The notes under the pieces were generated by a model. That model saw only the letters and a list, made by a program, of their open reading frames with translations, had not been told where the DNA came from and did no database searches. A DNA stretch of 64,000 nucleotides from Cetorhinus maximus (lineage: Eukaryota): assembly GCF_964194155.1 (NCBI RefSeq), contig NC_135887.1, positions 117,490,001-117,554,000 of the forward strand. The letters run 5' to 3'. Below are positions 46,555 to 59,150 of this stretch, piece after piece. The first letter of the stretch is position 1, and every line of letters begins with the position of its first letter. The translations under genes were made by a program, and so were the position numbers.

Positions 46555-48884
46555 TTCATAATGTTGCCAGAAAGAAAATTAATTAAATTTTAAGAAGATG
46601 CAAGGTTAATTCTGTGTTCCTAGTTTCCTTAACTTTGAAGCAAGGTCTTACAAATTGCAGAGCACTGTAGAATGAATAAAAAGACAAACCTGAATGATGT
46701 ACATATTATTGCATTTACCTTAAACTAATTCATAATGATCATTGCCCAACCCAGTACTAATTTAAACCGCTCAATCAAAATCAAGTGTTTTCGCAGCTGC
46801 AGTGTGTAATTGTCTCTAATGTTTTTCTATGCTTCAGAGGTGCACTTCTGTGGCTTGATGCAGATGGATCTCTCAGTTTATTTCTGGGATGGTTAGTACT
46901 TTTAATGATACCTCATGGAAGTTGTCTGACACAGACAATGAGTTAAAATGTGGAAAATATATTAGTGTGTTTGCATTCATTTCATCAAAAATCTCAATAC
47001 TGCCACAAGACAAAAAAAAATCCAATACTGAATCAAATATGGTTGAACAAGGTTTGACAGAGTGAGTATGATCTGTCAATTGGAAAGCACTGAATCAAGC
47101 AATTGACTTGCTTATCCATGTGCTAAATGAGTAAAGAAAGCACTTGAGAATGTATCAGCTTCATTGTCATAGCAATCTAATCATTGTGGAGATAACGTAC
47201 AAGTGACATAAAACGACCGCAGGCTCAATAGCCCCCTTAAGGCCCACCAGCTAGTTCTTCCATGCTTGTAAGTCCCAGTTATTTCAACAGATTGCTCCTG
47301 ATTTATGCAACAATGTCACGGTTTAAAATTTAAATAACCCTTGAAACTGAATGATTCATTGGCATTTATTGCAATGGCACTGTACACTATCTTGCAGATG
47401 GCTAAATAATGCAAGCAGAAACATGTCTGCTCATAGTGTACACTGCAGGAGCTCTTAAATACCAAAAGGTGCCTTTTTCCAAGGTTACTAAAGTAACTGC
47501 AATTCATCTGTAAACAAAATTGTGGGATGCAAAAGCCTCTCAATGACATGTTTGTGTACTTTGGGCAATATATAAGCTGTCACAGCATGAAATCAATTTT
47601 CTGCCTAGGTTCATCTTGAATCTGAGATTTCTAACACATTAGTGTTGCAATTAGAAACATTTAGCAGCAGACAGTAGACTGAAAGCCAGCAGTCTGCTAT
47701 CTGACAGTTTCTGCCTGTTCCTCTCTAACAGCCTATCCATCCTTAAGCAATGAGGGGGACAAGCACAAGTTGTAGTTGCCTCTGATAATAAATTTATCAA
47801 CTTTGCAACTTCTGAGGGGAAAAAAAGCTTTCCCCTAGCTATTCAACTAAACCAGATTACTCACACTTAGTTGGTTCAGGTAGGCCTTAGCAAGCTTCCC
47901 ACTGGGCCTGGGAATTTGTAAAGCGAGGCCTATTCACAATTCTCTGACACAGACCACGCTTTTATTGCTTACTGTTTTATTATAGTAAGATCTGTCTCCA
48001 CCCAGCTTGTAGAAGCAATACTCTTTCTTGTGAATTTAAAAAAAGGTTATCCCCCACCTTAATCCATACAGCGTTGTGGATTAAAGACACCAGTGTGCCC
48101 TGGGATCCTCTGAGTAGACCCTGGAAACTTCTTGTTTCTTCTCTTTGCTGTCTTAGAAAACACTACCGGGGCCTCAGTGAGGATTTGCATCTGAAATGGA
48201 CTACCTGGTGCTTTCCTGAATGAAGACATCAGATCAAAGTTCAGTTAGTCAGGGCCTTGCTAAAATGTTAAGGAGACTAGGATGTACACAATGAAAAGAT
48301 GAGTTCTAGCAGAGAATGCAATAAAAACATTGTGATGGGTAATCCAGATAAAGACTAGATTATACAGACCAAAGGACAACCCCTGTATAAATTGTTTTCA
48401 GTGCTTGTCCAACAATAAATTCCCTCTCCTAGGATGTGTTTACAACAGCATTTCTTGCTGAAAAGCAGGGATCTGTGTTCTGTATTTATAATGCAAGAAT
48501 GTTTAACAAATGTGAATTCAGTGGGCACTATTGTTAATAACTTCATGAAATAATTGTAAAGATATTGTTAAAATAATGACTAGTCAGTTTTCTCACACAT
48601 TGCTGCCTTTTAATTGAAATAGTTGTGAAACAATGCCTATATAAAGCAGTGCAGAGCGTTCCTTGTCACATAAAAGTGCTACTCTTTTTAAAATCCTACT
48701 GATTATACATCACCTTGTATTAGCCTTATTTTAGTTTTGCCAACCTATGCCAGTTACCTCCTTAAAAAGTTTCTTGATTCCACAGGCACTAGTCACCCCT
48801 GAAGCCTTGCTCCAGTGTCTATACTTGTGTGGTGGTGGTGGTGTGTTATAGGTCACTTGGAGTCTGAGTTGTTATGGCAACCTG

Positions 48885-49143
48885 TACTTTTTACGTGCAT
48901 GCTGTAGTCTAGAGCTTGGGTAGTGATAGCAGAGGCTGCAACTTCCTTTGGATCACATGGCTGACCAGGAATCTCTCCCACTCTTACCGCCTGCCATTGG
49001 ATTGTGCTGGAAGGGTTTGCAGGTTAATATTCAAACTGTTTGGCCATGTTATGAATGCACCTTCCTTAACCGTCAAGTTCTGCAGTGGGACTCAAACCTA
49101 GGACTTCTGGATCAGAGGGAGAAGTGCTACCTACTGCGCCATA
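48885..49143 (-). mobile_element. tRNA-headed SINE fragment
   Basis: Reverse complement reads TGGCGCAGTAGGTAGCAC...GGTTTGAGTCCCAC (A and B boxes). Confidence 0.5.
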
Positions 49144-49277
49144 AGACCCCCTGATAATTGTGTAAGCCTAAACAATAACTGCCAGTGGGTTATTCAACCA
49201 GAGGGTGCATCGTAACTCAGCCCAATCTGTCACACGTATGCTGTTTATAATTGGGTGAACTAGATAGTTCGGAAGAA

Positions 49278-49600
49278 GGACTTGTATAGTGTCTTTCACA
49301 ACCTCATGATGCCCCAAAGCAGCTTACTGTTGTAATGTAGGAAACATGACAGCACAGATAATCTGTTTTAGTGATGTTGGTTGAGGGATAAATATTGGCC
49401 ACTACACCAGGGAGAACTCCCTCTCTTTTGAAATGAATATCAAAGAAGCTTTCACATCCACCTGAGGGAAGACAGGGCCTCAGTTTAAATTCTTAGCACA
49501 AAGTGCAGGACTCCTTCAATACTGTACTGGAGTGTTAGTCTAGATTTTGTACTCAAATCCATATCTTTCTGACTCAGACGCAAAAGTGCTACTTCCTGAA
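49278..49600 (-). mobile_element. Deu-domain SINE (SacSINE1/AmnSINE-like), decayed
   Basis: GTTGAGGGATAAATATTGGCC...AGGGAGAACTCCC...CATCCACCTGAG...GGGCCTCAGTTTAA matches the recalled Deu core. Confidence 0.65.
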
Positions 49601-49844
49601 CCTCAGTTAACATCCATTGTGAATGGAAACCCTGACTGACATTCTGTTGTGCCACCCTGGAAACATAGACTGTAGTCTCTGTACTCAGTCTTGCATCAGC
49701 TAACTCAGCCCAGAACCTGAGCACTTCTGGTTTTTTGATGATATGCTGCCTTTACCAGCCAAGTCATTAAGGGAGCTCCAGTAAAAGGATTACCTTTCCA
49801 CAAAAAGAATTTTAAGTTGCTAGCACTTATACATTACTGCGGTT

Positions 49845-51760
49845 ATTGCTGAAAAGCGAGACATGTTTCTGAAATTTTTCATCTTGCACTCATCAGGACA
49901 AAGACAGGAATACCAAATTTCAAACAATTTTTACTACAGGAGAAAAGGGTGCTGATTGGTTGGAATAACACCTCTGGCCTAGGCATTGCCATAGAGAAAG
50001 CTACGGGGGACCGAGGGCTCTCCAAGCTCCCAGGTAATTCTGAAAAGGTACAGGGCTTGAATATATTCATTTTGTTTTCATAGAACAGTCTCTGCCTATG
50101 AATATATGTTGCTTCTAGGAAGCATAAATGAGCCACATTACGAGTTTGACTTATTATCTTAAATTGGTTGTTAGTGTAGCTATTAGCACACTCCGGACAG
50201 CATTTGCTGAACAATCCCCTCGTGGAATCACATCTAACAGTAGACATTTTGTTCTGGGATTTGCGCACATGGGCTGGTTGAATACACTGCTTATTACGAT
50301 CAACTGAAAGAACATGCTGTTTGATTTGATTGGCCAATCATTAGGATGTATGGCTATGCACTTGGTGTCATACCGTATCGTACTGAAGTTCATACACGAT
50401 GTTGCTCAATTGTGTCATAGGCAAAGCGTTTTTTTGGACTGACAGCAGCATCCTGTTAGTGGTAAAATGCCACTTGCATAGCCGTCGCAAAGTAGCAGCG
50501 TGAAATGGCTTGCTTAACCTATTGTTCAATTTTTGAGATACATTGCCTTTCCAGGATAATTTGAGGCATATCAGGCACTTTTCAATCTTATAGCACGTGC
50601 TAACTTATTACCCTGTGCATATTTCTGATGCATAGATGATACATTTGCAATTTTTGAACCTGCAGCAGCGTGTAAGGATTTCCTTGCACAACTTAATACA
50701 TTCCATCCCATACTCAAATTCACTTTAGAGATGGAGCTGTCTAACACTCTCCCTTTGATGTGCTAATTGAGAAATCGCTAATGGATTCTCCACTGCTGTC
50801 TACCAGAAGCCTACCTTTACCAGCCAATATACAGATTGGGGCTTGGATAACTCTACGTGATATAAGATTGACCTTTTCAGCAATCTTGTAGGATCCTAGC
50901 CATTTGCTCACCTTGCAAGCTTGACGCAGAAATGGAGCGCACCAAAGCTATCCTTCAGGACATTGGCTATCCTGATCAGATCATTATTCACTGTATCATG
51001 CAAACTTGCAAATTGGCTAAAGGTTGCCACTTTTGAACATGAAAGGTGCCCGGTCTACCTCAAATAACCTTGGAAAGGCAAAGTGTATCAAAAATTGAAC
51101 AGGTTAAGCAAGCTGTTTCACGCTGCTATTGTGGAGTAGCTACGTGTTAGGCATTTTCCAAAAGATGGTCTGCCAACCACACAGTTGAGCAATGCCATGT
51201 GTAAATTTCAGTGCCAGTGTGATACCAGGTATGTAGGCCATACGTCCCAATGATTGGCTGATTGAATCAAGCAGCATGTTCTGTCAGTTATTCATAATGG
51301 GCAGAGTACAGGCTGCTCAGCCAACCAGTGCCTGCAAAACCTGAAATAAAACATCTCCTGTTAGATGTGATTGGGCTGCACTTGCTGAACAATCCTGAAA
51401 GCGCTAATCGCTACACTAACTATCAGTTTTAAGATAATCAGTCGAGCTTGAAACATGGTTCATTTATGCTTGCTAGAAACGATATACATTCATACACAGG
51501 GACCCATTCCCCGCAAACAAAAGGAATATGCTCAAGCCTTCTGCCTTCTATGAATTACCTGGGAGCTTAGTGAGTCTGTAGTTTCCATTGCTTTCTCCAT
51601 GGCAATGCCTTGGCCAATCAGCATTGACTGCCAACCAATCTGCATAGTTTTCTCCTGTAGTATAAATTGTCATGATCATTTGAAATTTGGCATTCTTGCA
51701 TTTGTCCCTATAAGTGCAAAACAAAAAGCTTCGACAACATGTCTCTCTTTCAGCTATATT
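49845..51760. mobile_element. Penelope element: inverted 3' segment (-; 49845-~50500) plus RT C-terminus and GIY-YIG (+)
   Basis: IDDTFAIFE...LNTFHPILKFTLEME; FQCQCDTRYVGHTSQ; hammerhead-like cores at ~49865-49902 (-) and 51701-51737 (+). Confidence 0.8.
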
Positions 51761-51872
51761 TAAGTTCTGTTCTACCATGTGATTACTGTGGTTACTGTTA
51801 AATTTTGTTTTTCTTGGCAAGGATTATTAATCAGCAGTAAGCCTGTGATTTTGATATTGCACTACCAAGATT

Positions 51873-52006
51873 CAGGCTGGAATTTTGCAGTCCCTGCCCC
51901 CGTGGCGGGTACCCCACACCAGGACCGGTGAGCCATTGAAACCTCCGTTCACATCAGGGGTACTAGAAGATCCCACAGGCATGAGGAGCTGGAAAATTTT
52001 GGCCTG
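51873..52006. mobile_element. ~130-bp Harbinger-type MITE 150 bp upstream of the third ELP4 exon
   Basis: CAGGCTGGAATTTTGCAG / CTGGAAAATTTTGGCCTG imperfect TIRs resembling the Harbinger termini in this window. Confidence 0.6.
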
Positions 52007-52155
52007 TGTGTGTGTATAAGCATTTATATTTTAGCACGCTAAAAATATGCTTCTTAAGGATATTCCATTGTAACATTTCCTGAAACACACTTCTATGCCA
52101 GTACATATTAAGTGATTTTTATTTGACCTTTAAAGTTGTTTACTTCACTTGACAG

Positions 52156-52298
52156 ACAGCCTTGATGTCCTCCTCAAGATTTGGCCATTATTATGATGTT
52201 TCTAAAACAATGAGCACCGAGCTCCAGCACTCAGTCAAGTGTCACAGCTTTTTCCTACCTGATGAAGTTCCATTGGATTTATCAGTGACTGAATTTGG
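52156..52298 (+). CDS. ELP4: ELP4 internal coding exon (probably exon 5)
   Basis: ttgacAG|ACA GCC...TTT GG|GTaagt; 143 nt, phase 0 to 2; TALMSSSRFGHYYDVSKTMSTELQHSVKCHSFFLPDEVPLDLSVTEFG, containing the ELP4 motif SSSRFGHYYD.SK.M. Confidence 0.93.
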
Positions 52299-54289
52299 GT
52301 AAGTTCTTGAACTGAGCTGCAAGAAGAACCTCAGTTTGTGGCATAAATGACAAATCTGTAAATTTCTAATAAATGAACCCATCAGATGAAGTTGCTGCAC
52401 CATTTAATATTTTAAAGTAACTTTGTATAAGTATTCTCTACTGGTTTGAAATGGTTTTTTGTTAATCCTACAAAATTCTGCCCTTATATACAAGAATTCC
52501 CAGAATATCAGTTAGGTTTTTAATGTTCATTTCTATGTTTCCACATATAGCATCTACAGTTTATGCCATTAGTTGGAGCTTATTTTAAATATTTATCCTA
52601 TTACAAATACTAAAATGTAAATGTTTTAGGATTGAACTATATTTGACTTATTTTCAAGGTGAAACACTATTCAGCAGTGGTTTTATTTTGTGATTTTACT
52701 CTAAGGAATGATCTGTAGCTGTTTCTCTTGTCATCATTGGGTAGTTAATATTCAGTTGAGCTCCATGCTTGACTGGGCAGACATGCATGCATACAAGTAA
52801 CCCGATTAAGCCGACCACCAAGTTGCTTAATAAAAAAAGACGAGGAACAAGATATAATTGCAAACAGTCATAAAGCCGAGCAAAATTGATTTGAAAATGT
52901 CTCGTTTCAAGTGTTTAATGTAGTGTGACTTAAGAAAGAATTCTGCTGTGGTGAAGCTGCGATCTGTTAGGATTCTTGCAGTGTCTGACCTTTTTACTTA
53001 TTTCCTGTATGCTGGACTCCCATCTGCTACTTAACAATGGCAGTGTGGGTTCTTTACCCAACTGATCTTGAGAGATCAGAAAACTCCCAATTCATTAGAT
53101 CTTGAAGTAGGTGGAAGGGATTAGTAGGGAGGAGCAGGCATTGTTAGCAACAGATAACAATTGAATTGCTACTGAAGTTTTCCGCCAGTCCACTTCATGG
53201 TGTACAACCTGATCAGCATGCCTCACAGCTCTCATTCAGTATTTTTAATTTGCTAGTTGTATATTTGTATATCGTCTAATTATCCTACGACAGTCTGCCT
53301 CTTCAGTTATCAGCTTCATTTTGTGAAGACATTTTTAGTAGATAATTGGAATGAGTAGCCATGCTTGTATTGACTGATTATCGTAAACTTCTTGTCACGA
53401 TACAAGTTTCTCTGAAAAATTTTTAAAAATTAACTTTGAAGAAGTACAAGACATCCCATTCATTGTCACTATTATACTGTGGATTTCAGCCAAAGACCTG
53501 GAACTGTGATGCACAACCAGCATCCCAAAGCTATACTGCCCATTATACTTCATTGTAGGTAGCATTGAGTTCAACAACTTAGGGAGCATGGCAACAACAA
53601 CCTGTATTTGCATAGCACCTTTAACATATGAAATGCCCTAAGGCGCTTAACTGCACTGCACGTGTTGAACCGGAGACCAGAAAAATTAACTTTAGTGTAA
53701 ACTTAATGCAGATGGGATTTGGGGTACATAAAAGTCATGAAGTCACTGTTCATCGAGCACACTTTTCCAACCTATAGTCATTTAACTTGGTTGCTGTCAC
53801 TTCTCATTTTTATACAATTCCAGTTTCACATAAAGCATGTGGAAAAACTGGATCTTTTCTTATTTATTTGACAGCAACCATGAATTATATTGAAAAGATT
53901 ATCAGTGTATTTTAGTCAGTTGATGATGTCACCAGACTACCTGCTGTTAGCAATTCTGTCCTTTTTTCTTTAATTCAGCAGAAGATAGGATGATCATTAA
54001 TATCCAGTAAGCACTCCATAAGTCAATAGTAAAAATGCATTGTGTGAAATCGATTTTTTTTTCATGTAATCCTCATATATTGGCACTCTTATTTAACCCA
54101 GCAGCTGGAAGCATGTGACATTGTCAACTGGTATCAAATCCCTCACAATTACTTAGCGGACTGCTATGAAATTGCACTAACCTGCTTTGGAACTTGTTTT
54201 TTATTTTCAAACTTGAGCAATTAAAGTCATTTTTATTGCAAAATGAATAATAATTAGGAGCTGGATAATGATCAGAGATTCAACCGTAG

Positions 54290-55075
54290 CTTCTGTTTAT
54301 GCAGTGCCTTGACATAGAAAAATGTCCCAAGGCATTTAGAGTCAGAGGCAAAAAAAAAAGACAGTAAGCCAATGAAGGTGGTTTTTGGAGGAATAGCCAA
54401 GAGCCTGATCAAAGTTGATTTTTAAAGTGTATCTTAAAGGACGAAAGAGAGGTGGAGAGACTAGGCAATTAAGAGAGGAAATTCTAGAGAATGGACCCTT
54501 GATGGCTGCAGACATGTCCACATTAATGGTGGGGCAAAGATTGGTGGGGCTCCAGAAGAGGCCTGAATCAGACGAGAGGTTGTATGGCAGTGATAGGGAA
54601 GAGCTAGACCATGAAAGGATTTAAGAAGGTGAAAAATTTACAGGGAACCTGGAGTTAACAGAGATAGGCAAGGGTGATGGGTGAGCAGGAATTTGGTGCA
54701 GGATAAGTTGTAGGCAGCAAACCTTTGATGGGCTGACATTTATGAGGCAGTAGAGGATGGGAGACCAGCCAGGAGAACATAAAGGTAATGAAGTCTGGAG
54801 ATGACAATGGCAAAGGTGCATGTTTCAGCAGTAGATTGCTGTGGTGGTGGGGGAGGTGGTGGTGGCAGCTGCGGTGGGAGGTGCATGGGGATGGCAGATA
54901 ATTTTATGCAAATGAAAGCAAGCCACCTTTTTGTGGAAGAGGCTGTGCAGACATAAGCTCAACCCAGGGTAAATGGTACGGCAAGGTTGTGAATCTTCAG
55001 CCAGTGAGGGAGTTGGAATAGATGAAGTTAATGGCAGTAACCAATAAAGTGTGACCGCATCTGGAGCTTGGGGGG
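54290..55075 (-). mobile_element. Degenerate L2 LINE fragment
   Basis: Purine-rich + strand; reverse translation HLCHCHLQTS...CCLQLI resembles the L2 C-terminal region; L2-like terminus near 54290-54340. Confidence 0.5.
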
Positions 55076-55274
55076 GAATTGTTGGTGGTTTTTAACTGTT
55101 AAAGCAGTGTTTCCCAAACTATTATCCAATGTGACCCCATTTTAATATTTGAAAATTAACATTAGATGCCAGCAAAAACAAAACAGAAATAAAGTAGCAT
55201 AGTAACATTCGGTATATAATTATTAAAGTTTGTGCATTACGGATCAACATATAATGGATCATATAAATGTGAAA

Positions 55275-56755
55275 CAGAAAAGATCATTGCAAGGATCCTC
55301 CTTAACCGCCTTCTCCCAGTGGCCAGGGAACTCCTTCCAGAATTTCAGTGTGGTTTTCATCCATCGAGAGGTACAACAGACATGGTCTTCACTACGTGGC
55401 AGATTCAAGAAAAGTGCAAGGAACAACATCAACCCCTGTATATGGCCTTTTTTGACCTCATGAAAACCTTTGACTCTGTCAACTGTGAAGGCTTCTCAAA
55501 TTTGACTGCCATCAGATATTTGTCACCATCCTCTGCCTACTCCACAATGACATGCAAGCTGTGATCCTTACCAACAGAACCACCACAAACCCTATTTCAG
55601 TGAAGACTGCGGTTCAAACAAGGCTGTGTCATTGCACCAACTCTCTCCATTTTGCTCGCTGCAATACTGCATCTCACTTCCAGCAAATTACCCATAGGCG
55701 TGGAGATTATCTGCAGAGCAGACAGAAACTGTTCAATCTACATGACCTATAATCCAAAACCGCTCCAGCCTCAGTCACAGAGCTTCGTAGATGACGCTTG
55801 CGTGCATGCTCACTCAGAAACTGTCCTCCAGGTCATTGTCATAGACCCCTTCTCCGAAGCATATGAGAAAATGGGCCTTTCATTAAACACACAGAAAACT
55901 AAGGTTCTCTTCCTACTGGCTCCCACAGCATAACACCTCTCCATTTTGATTAAGATTAACGGCAAGATCCTGGAAGTGTGGACCATTTTCCATATCTTGG
56001 GACCCTCATCTTGACGAAGGCAGTCATAGACAACAAAATTCATCATCGCCTCCAATGTGCCAGCTCAGCCTTCGACCAACTGAGGAAAAGAATATTTGAG
56101 GACCAGGATTTCTAACCTGAGACTAAGGTTATGATTTACTGGGCAACTGTGATCCCCACACCCCTATATGCTTCTGAGACTTGGACAACCTACAGCAGAT
56201 ACCTCAAAGCACTGGAGAAGTACCGACAGCAAGGCCCTTCAAATCCAGTGGCAAGAAAGACAGTCCAACAGCAGCATTCTCTCCAAAGCCAACTTGCCAA
56301 GCATTGAGATGTTAATCACTCACAATGAGCCCTCCTGGGTGAGACATGTAGGTTGACACCAGTCTCTGGAAAGCAACTGCTCTACTCGGAACTCTGTCGC
56401 AGCAGGAGACATCCAAGAGGACAGGGAAGACATTTCAGGGATGCCCTTAAAGTATCTTTAAAGAAGTCAAAAAGCCCTTCCGACTCATGGGAGCTTGTGA
56501 CCAACCAAAATAAAGAAGACTCATCCAAGAAGGCATCAAGAGCCTCAAGAAACATCATCGGGCACATGCAGAGACAAAGTTGAGGTCTTTGAGGGAACAC
56601 AAATCTCCAAACAACCAAACAACCAATCTACCCAACCCTTCAAGCACCACCTGCCCCGCATGTGGCAGAGTCTGCAGATCATGCATTAGAGCTCATTGAA
56701 CTGGAGTCGAAGCAAGTCACCCTCAATCCCAATGGCTTAAGAAGAAGATGATGAC
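55275..56755 (+). mobile_element. RTE (BovB-like) LINE 3' half, decayed
   Basis: KIIARILLNRL...PEFQCGF..RGTTDMVF...QEKCKEQHQPLYMAFFDLMKTFDSV; FVDDAC; YASETW; C-terminal CPACGRVC; (AAG)n tail. Confidence 0.88.
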
Positions 56756-57854
56756 TTAATTTGAGCTTCTCCAACTCATGGGCCTTGGCTAGGAAGCAGT
56801 GGATATTATTGACATTCACTTTTGCATTCAGCAACATTGATGTACAGTAACTTCACACCAAGGTTTCCTAAAGCCACCTTGACATCATTGATTTTAATGG
56901 GACACAAGTCAAATAAACCTCTAGGCCCAGATCTTCTGATCAGGACTGGAAATCCTATTTCTGACCCTGATCAGACAAAAAATGTACACTTAACTCCCTC
57001 CACTATTTCTGAGTGATCATCCAGTTGAGGACCCTTCACATCTGATTCAGTGCAGCAAATCTTGTAGGGAGCAGCGCAGAGTATTTGCACAGAAGCCATG
57101 CCCCCTTTTTACAGTAGTAGCTGTAGCGTAAGTAAAGAGTTTATATGTCCCAAAACTGCTTTGAAAACAGCTATGGAGAGAAGGTAAGTGTGTAAAGGGG
57201 TAGTCAAGGGTAAATTGATGGGGGGCGGTTAGTATGAGTGATTGGGGTGTCAGTTACTATTTTCACAGGTGTTACACTAGGTTTTTTCCCTGTCTAATGT
57301 TTCGGTAACTATTGTGGTAAGTAAATCAGAACCATCCAAAGTCTCTAACTCTGAGTTGGAGGCCAGGATTTTACGTTTGGTGGGGCGGGGGTCGGGCATG
57401 CTTCCCGATGTCATCGCGCACGCACTCAATTTCGCAGTCGGTGGACACGTGCACAAATCGGATCTGTGGCCACTGGTATTTAAAGGGTCAATGAAGACCA
57501 TCAACAAGCCAATAGACAGCAATTTTATGCTGTCTATGCAATTTTTAGCTCGTTGCCAGCACAAAACAGGTGGGCAGAAATCACGTTTTAATCATTTCCT
57601 CGTCCACAGTTGGGATAAAAGGTCCCCAGAGCAGCAGCACTTTCTCTGTCATTGCAGTTTGTTGCTGTGAGTACAGACTTGTCCCAGAGTTCCTTTGCAT
57701 CACGTTTGATTGTCAAGCCTGCCTTTAAGCATCTCAGGTCCTCACCCCTAGAAGGTTCCCCTGAGTTGCGTCAAGCTCGTGACTGACACTATCTTTAGAC
57801 ATGTCCGCACGTTCGTCCACTTCCGTACAGACAAGGCAATCCAGGCGGAGAGAG

Positions 57855-58310
57855 CATGAGGCTTCGCTGCGATGGCTGGGTTCACCCGCATCCAGGGTGT
57901 AATAGATTGCACTCATGTGGCCATCAAGGTGCCAGCAGATGAGCTGGGAGCTTTTGTAAACAGAAAGGGGTTCCACTCAATCAATGTTCAGATCATCTGT
58001 GACTACAGGGCACAGGTTCACCAAGTTTGTGCCCATTACTCTGGAAGCTCACAAGATGCTTGCATCTTGGGGCACTCACAGGTACCAAGGCTGTTCATGG
58101 CTCCTGCATGAGTGGATGGATGGCTCCTGAGTGACAAGGGCTATCCCTTGAAGAAGTGGCTGATGACCCCACTCCATCACCCAAAAACTGAGGCCGAGGA
58201 GAGATATAACGGATGTCATGCCTCCACAAGAGTGGTGGTGGGGAGGACCATCGGGCTGCTGCAGATGCATTTCAGATGCATGGACCGATCAGGGGGAGCA
58301 TTGTGGTACA
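57855..58310 (+). pseudogene. Harbinger transposase catalytic-core fragment
   Basis: AGFTRIQGVIDCTHVAIK...NRKGFHSINVQIICD...SGSSQDA...[17 protein letters not shown]...[14 protein letters not shown]. Confidence 0.9.
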
Positions 58311-59150
58311 TTCAATCATCAAAGACACTATGCATGCTAGGCAGGCTGAGGAGACAGTGGAGACCTGCTGCATGGTGCAATCTATATTGGAGCTTCAATG
58401 GGCCCTCTGGCTATGACAGTTCAGTTTCTGATGAGAGGAACCCGTTATGTTTCCAGTACCCACCACACACACATCTGTCACCTGCACTCTTACCTTCATC
58501 CAAGACCCCCACCTCACCATGACTGGAGGAGCGAGCTGACCAGTGGCATTCCAACTCCAGTGCATCGCTTTGGTGCTTCATCAGGATGCAAAGCTTTGAC
58601 ACTGCACCCATTCTGTGGCACTCTGCAACGTTATGACTGCTCTTCGCCTGACCGGGACAAGCAGAAGACCTCATTAGTGCTCCGTCTCCCCGAAGGTCCT
58701 TTCCTTGGGCTGTGTTTCCCACTATCGGACATTGGGAACCTCATTGTAATACATCAGCATATCATTATAAGGCCAGCCCACCGGACTCATCCTCCCCGCC
58801 ATCTCTCTCCCCACCCCCTGGCCGCCAAAGCTGGATTGTCTGCCCATGTCAGCAGGAAAGCATGCCAACGTGTTTCATAACAGAACATAAGTGACGCCTG
58901 GGGCAGGCTGCACTTCGCTCAGGACTTAAAGGATTGTTTGCCTACCTTGCTTCGGTCAGCACTCGTAGTCATCAGCGCCAGGCTTCACAGACAGCACCAT
59001 ACCACTTTTAGGGGGGCTCATGGATTGGTCTCTACCTATCAGATCAGCCATATGTGGGCGGCTTTTCAGTGGCTGCCGGGCAAGGTCTTGCTAGGGAAGG
59101 GGGAGAAGTGACCTCAGGCAAGGGAAGAGGCGACAAGCTGAGAACTGTAC

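Noticed and set aside
52151-52159. Tandem acceptor GACAGACAG (alternative AG 4 nt downstream)
   Set aside because: Common chance arrangement; only the first AG keeps the ELP4 frame and there is no evidence of use of the second.
58426-58460. Additional CTGATGAG words (also ~60449)
   Set aside because: No downstream GAAA or supporting stems; not hammerheads.
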